Positions 29,624-37,533 of a stretch of DNA of 64,000 nt are shown here, piece after piece. Position numbers and translations under genes: made by a program. Source of the DNA: a virus. Taxonomy: Duplodnaviria; Caudoviricetes. Within the stretch, counting starts at the first letter, position 1; every line of letters begins with the position of its first letter. The notes under the pieces are model-generated. The model made no database searches. It worked only from the letters and a program-made list of their open reading frames with translations, and had not been told where the DNA came from. The stretch is from the IMG/VR virus record IMGVR_UViG_3300001528_000621, positions 123,849 through 187,848 of that record, one strand, 5' to 3'.

Positions 29624-30877
29624 ATGGCAAGCTTATCTAATACAGAACTCTCTAAGTTTAGAAATGGAGAGTATAGGTGGGAAATTTTTACAAAAAAACT
29701 CAAACAGGGTGAAGAGTTTGAATTAACACCTGAAATTCAGCAGAAATTTCAAAGTAAAAAAACAGCTCTAGAACCTCTAGATCCGGAATTCTTTTATACG
29801 CAAGCAGAATTAGGGTGCTGTAGTGGAGATTTTTCATCCCTAGTAGGAGTAAAGTTTCAAACAAAATTCGGAATTTTAGGTCTTACAGCTCTTCAAAAGA
29901 CAGAAGAATTTAGGTCATCTTCCGGTACAGGAGGCGGTTCAGAACAGACAGCATACATAGAGTGTAGGACAGCTAGAGAATGTGCTACCATTACAAACGG
30001 AATGTTTAATGGAATTCCTCACGCTGAAAGATTTGATCACACCTTCGAAGACACTTATTGGGAAAATAAGCTGGATGAGTCCTGGAAAGCTTCTATAGCG
30101 GAAGAACCTAAACTTATTGTTTCTTCTGAATTTACTAAAAACTTACCAGATTACACCTACCCAAACCAAAATACAGGAAATATAGGTAAATGGGTTTCAG
30201 ATGCTTACAATAGGTGTAAAGTAAGAACTTCGTATGCTTCCCGTAACATCAATAAGTGGAATCCTGCAGATATCTGGTGTTCTTCTGGAAGTCTTTTAGA
30301 AATTTCTTCAAGTTTAAACAAATGTTCTACTCTAGGTGAGCTGAGTCAAATATGTTATTCTTCACAGCTCAAAGGAATTTCACTTAAGAAAGGTGGAACC
30401 GAAATTAAAGAAGTTAGGTGGATAGAAGGAGAAAAAAATTGGCAGATCGAATCTTGGAAATATCTCTCAGATCCAAGAAAAACAAACACTAAGGGTCTTA
30501 AGATCCGGTTTAATTTTGTAGGAGGAAAAGACAAAACATTAACTATTCGAACATCAGGACAATCATTAAAAGCTGAAACTCAAACTGTAGGTTCTAATCA
30601 CAGAAACGGCAGCTGCGGATTACAGCAGATCAATCTTTGTCTAGCTTCCCAAAATTTAAGGTTTAGGTTTGATATGAAGAGAAAAATCAGAAATCTTCGG
30701 AATTCTTGCGCAAACCTAGATGAAACTGTTTGTAAAGCAACTCAGGAAAGTTTGATTGAGTTTGTGGAATACTTTAAATATCTTTCGGAAGAGAAACAAA
30801 GACTATTTATAGCTGATTTAGTAAGACATTGTGTGTGTCAATGTAGAAATCATTGTACATACTTGAAAGTTTCTTAA
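29624..30877 (+). CDS. Putative PD-(D/E)XK-fold nuclease
   Basis: NKWNPADIW...GISLKK fits a PD..(S/D/E)xK arrangement; KTEEF..GGG motif. Confidence 0.45.
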   Translation: MASLSNTELSKFRNGEYRWEIFTKKLKQGEEFELTPEIQQKFQSKKTALEPLDPEFFYTQAELGCCSGDFSSLVGVKFQTKFGILGLTALQKTEEFRSSSGTGGGSEQTAYIECRTARECATITNGMFNGIPHAERFDHTFEDTYWENKLDESWKASIAEEPKLIVSSEFTKNLPDYTYPNQNTGNIGKWVSDAYNRCKVRTSYASRNINKWNPADIWCSSGSLLEISSSLNKCSTLGELSQICYSSQLKGISLKKGGTEIKEVRWIEGEKNWQIESWKYLSDPRKTNTKGLKIRFNFVGGKDKTLTIRTSGQSLKAETQTVGSNHRNGSCGLQQINLCLASQNLRFRFDMKRKIRNLRNSCANLDETVCKATQESLIEFVEYFKYLSEEKQRLFIADLVRHCVCQCRNHCTYLKVS

Positions 30878-30884
30878 TAAAAAA

Positions 30885-31613
30885 ATGCTAACAGAAAAAC
30901 AGAGGAAAGCTCTTTTAGAAGCTATTCAAGATCCGAAGAACAGTAAGAAAACATTAGAGGAATGGACAGCAGATTATGACGAGTATGATGATCCTACAAA
31001 CGCTTCTTGGTATACAAACGAAGAGGAGCGTCTAGAGTATGAGGTTTTTCGAGAACTAGATATGGATCCTAATGAAGTGTCTGATGAAGATGCTGAACGA
31101 GTAGCAAACGCTATTTACACTGTCTACGATCAGCTTAAATTTGATGGTAGGCCGGAAGATGTGCAGATTGTAGTAAAGCAATTATTTGATAAAAACTCTT
31201 TAAACTTAGATAAAGCTGAAAGTGTAAAGGAAAACAAGAAATTTGATTATAAACAATACCTGACCGAAGGGTGGCTTCTTCAAGAAGCAAAAGCACCGCA
31301 GCAGAAAGATCTTTATAAAAATCGAGCAGATAGAGCTAGCAAGGGTAACTGGAAAGGCAGCATCGGAAAGTACGTAGAAACCCGTGGAGAAGAACTCAAG
31401 AAAGCTTTTGAGTCTGGAACTCTTAGGCATTACGTTCAGACAAAGATGAAATCTGCTCTTAAGTCAGAAGAAGATCGAAAATATTTAGAGAATATTGAAG
31501 TAAGCTCTAAGACTGATATGAAACTTTACAGTGCTCTTTATAATATTGCTTTAAAGGGTGCCGGTCTGGGCGGAGAAAAGGCTCACGGAATTAACGTTTC
31601 TTCAAAGAAGTAG
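30885..31613 (+). CDS. Putative internal head protein
   Basis: LTE/LLE/LEE sites; FDYKQYLTE motif shared with the 43782 ORF. Confidence 0.6.
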   Translation: MLTEKQRKALLEAIQDPKNSKKTLEEWTADYDEYDDPTNASWYTNEEERLEYEVFRELDMDPNEVSDEDAERVANAIYTVYDQLKFDGRPEDVQIVVKQLFDKNSLNLDKAESVKENKKFDYKQYLTEGWLLQEAKAPQQKDLYKNRADRASKGNWKGSIGKYVETRGEELKKAFESGTLRHYVQTKMKSALKSEEDRKYLENIEVSSKTDMKLYSALYNIALKGAGLGGEKAHGINVSSKK

Positions 31614-31641
31614 AAGAACAAAATAAGACACAGACAGATAT

Positions 31642-31678
31642 GCGTATTTACGGTTTTTCGTAAGTACGCTTTCTTTTT
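31642..31678 (+). terminator. Intrinsic terminator
   Basis: GCGTATTTACG-GTTTTT-CGTAAGTACGC followed by TTTCTTTTT. Confidence 0.8.
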
Positions 31679-31711
31679 GGCTAATGTCTATTTATTAAAA
31701 AGGCATTAGCC
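31679..31711 (+). promoter_or_regulatory. Translation-blocking hairpin enclosing the TATTTAT late promoter
   Basis: GGCTAATGTCT pairs with AGGCATTAGCC; TATTTAT at 31689-31695; GTG start at 31712. Confidence 0.7.
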
Positions 31712-32527
31712 GTGAAGTACTATTTTTACAGAACAACCAATCTGATCAACGGGAAATACTACCAGGGAGTACATCATTCCCTGAATCCTGAAAAAGATCC
31801 GTATTTTGGGTCTGGTCCCGGAATACAGGCTGCTGTAAAAAAGTACGGTCGAGAAAATTTTAAGGTTGAGATACTTCGGGACGATTTTAAAAGTATGAAG
31901 GAAGCCTACGAATACGAAGCTTCCATTATTACTCTCGATTCTTTAGATTCTAGAATTTGCTACAACCAGGTTCCCGGTGGTAAAGGAATTCGAGACGGAG
32001 TCATAACCGTGTCAAAAGGAGAAACAGAAATCAGGATTCACAAAAAACTTCAAACAGGTTATGAAGAGATGGGATGGGTCAGAGGTAGATCTCAAAAAGC
32101 TCGAGAAAATGTTTCAAAGGTACGTAAAGGAAAACCTAGTAAACAAAAAGGAAGATTATACTTACATAGAGGTTATGATGAGGAGATAAGAGTAGAAAAA
32201 GATCAAATTTTACCTTATCTCTCCCAAGGATATGAGCTAGGACACTCACAAGCTAGCAAAGATAAAATAAGCAATGGAAGAAAAGGCTATTTTTGGATTA
32301 ATAACGGAACACAAAGCTTACAAGTAAAAGATCTATCAGAAATACCAGAAGGATTTAAACCGGGCAGACTAAAGGTATCAGAAAACACTAAACAGCTCTT
32401 AAGTCAAGCTGCTAGAGGTAAGAAAGATTCAGAAGAAACAAAAGAACGAAAAAGTAAAGCAAAGAAAGGGAAGTCTTGGGTTCTAGTAAACGGAAAAAGG
32501 GTCTGGACTTCTAAAATAGAAAAATAA
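31712..32527 (+). CDS. Free-standing GIY-YIG (Seg-like) homing endonuclease
   Basis: YFYRTTNLINGKYYQGVH..YFGSG..KKYGRENF..E..YN; C-terminal GW/YxxGR and NUMOD3-like repeats. Confidence 0.88.
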   Translation: MKYYFYRTTNLINGKYYQGVHHSLNPEKDPYFGSGPGIQAAVKKYGRENFKVEILRDDFKSMKEAYEYEASIITLDSLDSRICYNQVPGGKGIRDGVITVSKGETEIRIHKKLQTGYEEMGWVRGRSQKARENVSKVRKGKPSKQKGRLYLHRGYDEEIRVEKDQILPYLSQGYELGHSQASKDKISNGRKGYFWINNGTQSLQVKDLSEIPEGFKPGRLKVSENTKQLLSQAARGKKDSEETKERKSKAKKGKSWVLVNGKRVWTSKIEK

Positions 32528-32532
32528 GTAAT

Positions 32533-33390
32533 ATGGCAGAAAATAAAGCAAACTACAAAGAGTACCTTAAGAGGAAAGGTTGTGTTTCCGCCATACCTAA
32601 GTTGTTCTACATCTTCTACCGAACAGATAACCTAGAGAACGGAAAGTATTACTACGGAGTCCATGCAACAGACAATCTACAGGACGATTACCTGGGTTCG
32701 GGAAAAATACTTAAAAAAGCTATTCAAAAGTACGGAAAAGAAAAATTTAAAAGACAGAATCTCAAATTCTTTAACTCTATGTTAGAAGCTTACGAGTACG
32801 AAGCTCGAATTGTAACCAGGGACTTGGTTGCCGACAGTCTATGCTATAATGTGAAACCGGGAGGATTAGGTGGAATGAAAGGAATGGTTACAGTGCATAA
32901 GAATGGACAATATTGGAAAGTTAGGATTGAAGATTTAGAGAACACATTAAAATTAGATTCAAACATAAGCATAGGTAATAGTCTTCAAGGCAGAGCTTCA
33001 AAACTTAAAGGTAGAAAGCAAAGTGAAGAACATGTGCGAAAAAGGTCAGAAGCTCTTAGAGGTAGGACAGGTCGAAAAGGTATACCTAAGCCGGACGGTT
33101 TTGGAGAAAAAATAAGACGAGCTCGATTAGGTAAAGAAGGAAATACGAAAGATCGAATATCCGTTTGGAAAGATAGGGTTAGACTCTTGATTCAAAAAAG
33201 TGAACTAGATAGATACGAGAAAGAAGATTGGATTAGAACAAACGAATATAGGTGTGTTCGTAGTGTTGAGACAAACGAGTTTTGTGTGGTTTCTCGAAAA
33301 TATTTACAGGCTTTTCTAAGCAAAGGCTTTATGAAAAGCAGGTTTTCGGATTTGAAGGATAATCAAATTAGCTTTAAAGTTATACTGTAA
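32533..33390 (+). CDS. Free-standing GIY-YIG homing endonuclease with a terminase-like N-terminal extension
   Basis: IFYRTDNLENGKYYYGVH..YLGSG..KYGKEKF; NUMOD3-like KGRKQSEEHVRKRSEAL. Confidence 0.88.
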   Translation: MAENKANYKEYLKRKGCVSAIPKLFYIFYRTDNLENGKYYYGVHATDNLQDDYLGSGKILKKAIQKYGKEKFKRQNLKFFNSMLEAYEYEARIVTRDLVADSLCYNVKPGGLGGMKGMVTVHKNGQYWKVRIEDLENTLKLDSNISIGNSLQGRASKLKGRKQSEEHVRKRSEALRGRTGRKGIPKPDGFGEKIRRARLGKEGNTKDRISVWKDRVRLLIQKSELDRYEKEDWIRTNEYRCVRSVETNEFCVVSRKYLQAFLSKGFMKSRFSDLKDNQISFKVIL

Positions 33391-33397
33391 AAAAGTT

Positions 33398-34237
33398 ATG
33401 GAAAATCAAAAAGCTGCAAACTATAAAGAGCTATTAAAAGCTGAGTATATAAAGTGTGTGAAAGATCCTGCGTACTTTATGCGCCGGTATGTATACATAC
33501 AGCATCCGATAAGAGGTCGTATACTCTTTAACTTGTATCCCTTTCAAGAAAAAGTCCTTCATTTGTTTCGAGATTCAAAGAATATTATTGTTCTAAAGTC
33601 TAGACAGCTCGGTATCAGTACTCTTGGAGCTGGCTATGCACTCTGGTTAATGCTTTTTCACTCGGATAAAAACGTGCTTTGCCTTGCTACGACACAGGCT
33701 ACAGCTAGAAACTTGGTTAGGAAGGTCATTTTTGCATACGATGCATTACCGGCCTGGCTTAAAGTCCCGTCAACGTTTAAGAATAAGCTTTCAATGGGTC
33801 TAAAGAATGGATCTAAGATTGAAGCAAAGTCAAGCAACAGTGACGCTGCTCGTTCCGAAGCCGTATCTTTGCTTTTGGTTGACGAAGCAGCATTCATCGA
33901 CAACATTGAAGAGACGTTTGCAGCAGCTCAACAGACACTTGCTACCGGTGGACAAGCAATGCTATTGTCTACTCCTAATGGTATAGGAAATTTTTTCTAT
34001 AATACATGGGTTAAAGCTGAGCTTGGAGAAAACACATTTGTACCGGTTAAGCTTCCGTGGCAAGTCCATCCAGAACGAGATCAAGCTTGGAGAGATAAGC
34101 AAGACTCTGATTTGGGTCCAAGGTTTGCTGGACAAGAGTGCGTAGATGGTGAGACTGAAATTACAGTAAGAGATAAGGATACGGGAGAGGAATTTACGAT
34201 ACCTGTAGAAGAGTTTTACAAGCTTGTTGAGTTCTAA
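33398..34237 (+). CDS. terL: Terminase large subunit, N-terminal ATPase fragment plus split-intein N part
   Basis: LYPFQ, KSRQLGIST (Walker A), LLVDEAAF (Walker B), LSTPNG; ends QE|CVDGETEITV. Confidence 0.95.
   Translation: MENQKAANYKELLKAEYIKCVKDPAYFMRRYVYIQHPIRGRILFNLYPFQEKVLHLFRDSKNIIVLKSRQLGISTLGAGYALWLMLFHSDKNVLCLATTQATARNLVRKVIFAYDALPAWLKVPSTFKNKLSMGLKNGSKIEAKSSNSDAARSEAVSLLLVDEAAFIDNIEETFAAAQQTLATGGQAMLLSTPNGIGNFFYNTWVKAELGENTFVPVKLPWQVHPERDQAWRDKQDSDLGPRFAGQECVDGETEITVRDKDTGEEFTIPVEEFYKLVEF
34139..34234 (+). mobile_element. Split intein N fragment (32 aa)
   Basis: CVDGETEITVRDKDTGEEFTIPVEEFYKLVEF: intein block A plus the IPVEEFY motif, then a stop codon. Confidence 0.9.
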
Positions 34238-35397
34238 TGAGGTACTGTTTTTATGAAACAACGAATCTCGTAAACGGAAAGAAGTATCTAGGTATTCACG
34301 GATCTGAAGATTTTGAAAAAGATACCTACATAGGGTCCGGTACATTACTACAAGAAGCTATACAAAAGTACGGTAGAGAAAACTTTATTCGTAAAGATAT
34401 CAGATATTTCAACAAGCAAAAAGAAGCCAGAGAATTTGAAGCTTTATCTATTACTCCGGAAATTTTACGAAGTTCAAACTATTACAACATAGCTAAAGGG
34501 GGAGGAGGTGGTTCTGTAGGATCTAAACCTTTCTACGAAGGTAAGGTCAGATATCTAGTAGATCCCGAAGCTATAGAAAAATTCAAAGTTCAACATCCGA
34601 ACGCTGTAGAAGGAGTTCCTGAAGAGATAGGAAAAGAGCACAGTAAAAAGATGCTTGGAAGAATTACCGTAAATAACGGAAAAGACCATAAACTCATTTT
34701 ACAGAAAGATCTTCAGAAGTATATAAAAGAGGGTTGGACTATTGGAACGACAGAAGAACTTAACCTTAAGAACAGTAACTCCAAGAAAGGTATAAAGATT
34801 ATGCATCTTGGAGATAGTACTAGACATGTAAGGTTAGAAGATGTAACTGAGTTTCTGAAGAAAGGTTATGAGTTTGGTCCATCTTCTTGGATTTCCGAAC
34901 GAAACGGGAAAAGACACAGAGGCTTAGTTAAGGTTTACAAAGGTGCAGAAATTAGGTTTGTATCTTCAGATAAGGTAGAGGACCATATAAAGCAAGGATA
35001 TTGTACAGGAACTTCTTCAGAGGAGAGAAAAGTTAGAAGTAAAGTTAGTAGAGGAAAGATTTTCATACATAAGGATGATCGAGAAAAGCGAGTTCCTAAA
35101 GAAGACATGGAGTCTTATTTAAGAGAAGGCTGGGAAAGAGGAAGATCTAAGCAAGTTCTTGATCAGTTAAGTATTGTAAATAAAACAACAGCTAAAATAA
35201 GAAAGAAGAGATCTAAAGAAGAAGCTGCAACTAGGAAGGTGATCTATACAAAATCAGAAGAATTTCAGAGATGGTGGAAAGAAAATAGTAAACACTATTC
35301 GAGAATACACTACGCAGTTGGATATTTCTTAAAAGAATTAGGTCTCAGTAAATCTGAATTTCTTCATAAGATGAAAGAAAAAGGTGAGTATGAGTAA
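34237..35397 (+). CDS. GIY-YIG homing endonuclease between the two terL halves
   Basis: YETTNLVNGKKYLGIH..YIGSG..KYGRENF..YYNIAKGG; TAATG coupling to terL-N; overlaps the terL-C start. Confidence 0.9.
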   Translation: MRYCFYETTNLVNGKKYLGIHGSEDFEKDTYIGSGTLLQEAIQKYGRENFIRKDIRYFNKQKEAREFEALSITPEILRSSNYYNIAKGGGGGSVGSKPFYEGKVRYLVDPEAIEKFKVQHPNAVEGVPEEIGKEHSKKMLGRITVNNGKDHKLILQKDLQKYIKEGWTIGTTEELNLKNSNSKKGIKIMHLGDSTRHVRLEDVTEFLKKGYEFGPSSWISERNGKRHRGLVKVYKGAEIRFVSSDKVEDHIKQGYCTGTSSEERKVRSKVSRGKIFIHKDDREKRVPKEDMESYLREGWERGRSKQVLDQLSIVNKTTAKIRKKRSKEEAATRKVIYTKSEEFQRWWKENSKHYSRIHYAVGYFLKELGLSKSEFLHKMKEKGEYE

Positions 35398-35725
35398 CAT
35401 CAACTATAATTTAAGGTACGAGGTTTTAGGTAAGTCCGGCTTTCAAGCTTTTCAGGGAATCCGAAAAGTAGTAAAGTCGTTCTACTATAAGATTACTTTC
35501 GAATCTGGTCAAACCTTAAAAGCTTCTGCTAGACACAGGTTCTTTCTTGAAGATGGAACTGAAATTTTTGCAGAAAAGCTAAAGAAAGATGTAAAGATTC
35601 TAGCTAGAAATGGAAAGTTAGATGTAGTTAGGAAGATAGAAAAGGTCAACGAACCTTGTGTAATGTATGATGTTGTTCAATCAAAAGATCACACATATTA
35701 CACGGGTAACTCATTGAGTCACAAT
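35390..35725 (+). mobile_element. Split intein C fragment (~112 aa)
   Basis: GFQAFQGIRK, block B SARH, block F MYDV..HTYY, terminal SHN followed by Cys+1. Confidence 0.92.
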
Positions 35726-36577
35726 TGCGATTGTAATTTTCTAGCGTCCGGTGATACTGTGTTTGAGTTTGCAGATCTAGAATTCTTCGAAAAGACCCAT
35801 ATGTGTGACCCTATCGAACGAAGAGGAGAAGGAGGAAATTATTGGATTTGGGAAAGACCAGACTATTCGAGATCATACTTATTATCAGCTGACGTTGCTC
35901 GAGGAGATGGAACAGACTATTCAGCTTTTCATGTTTGGGATGTAGAGACATGTGCTCAAGTGGCTGAGTATAAGGGTAGGATGACACCTAAAGATTACGG
36001 TGCTTTTTTAGTTGCAGCTGCTACAGAGTACAACAATGCTCTTCTTGTTTGTGAAAATGCCAACATCGGCTGGGCCTCGGTCGAGGAGATATTAGCTAGA
36101 GGATATCAAAATACATACTACAGTGTATCTGGTGGAGGGACTAAAGTGGAGACAGCTGACAGTTATGCATCTAAAATGGATAAAGGTAAGCTTGTACCGG
36201 GATTTACGACATCTACTAGAACTAGGCCGCTTGTAGTAGCAAAGCTGTACGATTACGTTCATCAGCGTGACTGTATTTTAAGGTCAAAGAGGCTTTTAAC
36301 AGAAATGAGAACGTTTATATGGAAATCTGGCAAGGCTCAGGCTCAGGAAGGATTGAACGACGATGTTGTAATGTCTGCAGGTATAGGTCTCTACGTTAGA
36401 GATACAGCTTTACAGCTTAGACAGCAAGGTCTAGAACTATCTAGAGCTCAACTAACCACATTTGGAGATCTAAATAAGAAAAAACCGGTTGTCTACAGGC
36501 CAAACTACTTTAACAATCCATACGAAGTATCAACCGGTGAGGGTAGGACAGAGGATATTAGCTGGGTTTTAGGCTAA
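35390..36577 (+). CDS. terL: Split-intein C part plus terminase large subunit nuclease fragment
   Basis: ATG 35390 (alternative GTG 35384); SHN|CDCNFLASG, then ADVARGDGTDYS, ENANIG, GLNDDVVMS (RNase H-like nuclease). Confidence 0.95.
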   Translation: MSNINYNLRYEVLGKSGFQAFQGIRKVVKSFYYKITFESGQTLKASARHRFFLEDGTEIFAEKLKKDVKILARNGKLDVVRKIEKVNEPCVMYDVVQSKDHTYYTGNSLSHNCDCNFLASGDTVFEFADLEFFEKTHMCDPIERRGEGGNYWIWERPDYSRSYLLSADVARGDGTDYSAFHVWDVETCAQVAEYKGRMTPKDYGAFLVAAATEYNNALLVCENANIGWASVEEILARGYQNTYYSVSGGGTKVETADSYASKMDKGKLVPGFTTSTRTRPLVVAKLYDYVHQRDCILRSKRLLTEMRTFIWKSGKAQAQEGLNDDVVMSAGIGLYVRDTALQLRQQGLELSRAQLTTFGDLNKKKPVVYRPNYFNNPYEVSTGEGRTEDISWVLG

Positions 36578-36627
36578 TCAACTGTTTTTCACATACGAAG
36601 ACTATTTATATGTGAAATACGGTTGGT
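36577..36627 (+). promoter_or_regulatory. Translation-blocking hairpin enclosing the TATTTAT late promoter
   Basis: ATCAACTGTTTTTCACATA (36577-36595) pairs with TATGTGAAATACGGTTGGT (36609-36627); TATTTAT at 36603-36609; ATG at 36628. Confidence 0.75.
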
Positions 36628-37533
36628 ATGACAGAACAGGAATTTTTTAAAACACTAAAAGACACTAAGGAGGGTAGAGAGTATCTTGACTTGGTGTCTT
36701 CCTGTTTGTCTAGATCTTTAAGACCGGAACAGGGTTTTGAACTTCACCACATATTCTTAACTTCTTTAGGAGGAAAGAATGTTTCTGAAAATAAAGTAAA
36801 GTTTACTATTTTCGAACACTGTAGAGCACACGCTCTTCTAGCTAAAGCTATTCCTTGCTATAAAACTCTTCAACCTATTACTTACATGTCTCGAGGACAG
36901 GTTACAAAATTGGGTGACCTTGAAAAAGTTACTCTAGAAGAACAGCTTGAATGGTCCAAATTGAGGGAAAAAGCTCTTCATCAACCCAAGTCTCCTGAAC
37001 ATGTAGAGAAAATGAGAAATGCTCTTAAAGGTAGAAAGCTTTCTAAAGAAGTGAGAGCCCACATGGGAGGAGCAGGGAGAGGAAAGAAGTTTATAAACAA
37101 TGGAATAATTCATAAGCGCGTTCTTCCAGAAGATTTGGATGAGTGGTTAACTGAAGGATGGACTTTAGGAAGGACGAAAGAGCTTATGACTAAAATCTCA
37201 GAATCTACTCAAGGCCGTACAAGCAGCTTAAAGGGTAAGATTTGTGTTACCAAAGATGGAAAAGAGCTAAAAATTGATCCTGAAGATCTTCAAAAATACC
37301 TATCAGAGGGATACGAAAAAGGTAGGTGTAAATCTTTTTCTGAAAAACGTTCAAAATTCTTAAAAGGACGCACATCTACAACAAAAGGTAGAAAAAAGAT
37401 ACATAACCTTGAAGGAGTAGAAAAACTCATACCTGAAGAACAGTTACAAGAATATTTATCTAAAGGGTGGATAGAAGGAACATCTCCTCAACACCTTCAA
37501 AACATTTGGAATAAAAAGCATGGCAGAAAATAA
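36628..37533 (+). CDS. Free-standing HNH (Mob-like) homing endonuclease
   Basis: ELHHIFLTSLGGKNVSENKVKFTIFEHCRAH; NUMOD3-like segment; three GW/YxxG repeats. Confidence 0.85.
   Translation: MTEQEFFKTLKDTKEGREYLDLVSSCLSRSLRPEQGFELHHIFLTSLGGKNVSENKVKFTIFEHCRAHALLAKAIPCYKTLQPITYMSRGQVTKLGDLEKVTLEEQLEWSKLREKALHQPKSPEHVEKMRNALKGRKLSKEVRAHMGGAGRGKKFINNGIIHKRVLPEDLDEWLTEGWTLGRTKELMTKISESTQGRTSSLKGKICVTKDGKELKIDPEDLQKYLSEGYEKGRCKSFSEKRSKFLKGRTSTTKGRKKIHNLEGVEKLIPEEQLQEYLSKGWIEGTSPQHLQNIWNKKHGRK

Noticed and set aside
34235-35389. Group I intron interrupting terL
   Set aside because: The endonuclease ORF abuts or overlaps both terL halves, leaving no room for a ribozyme core; intein motifs explain the split
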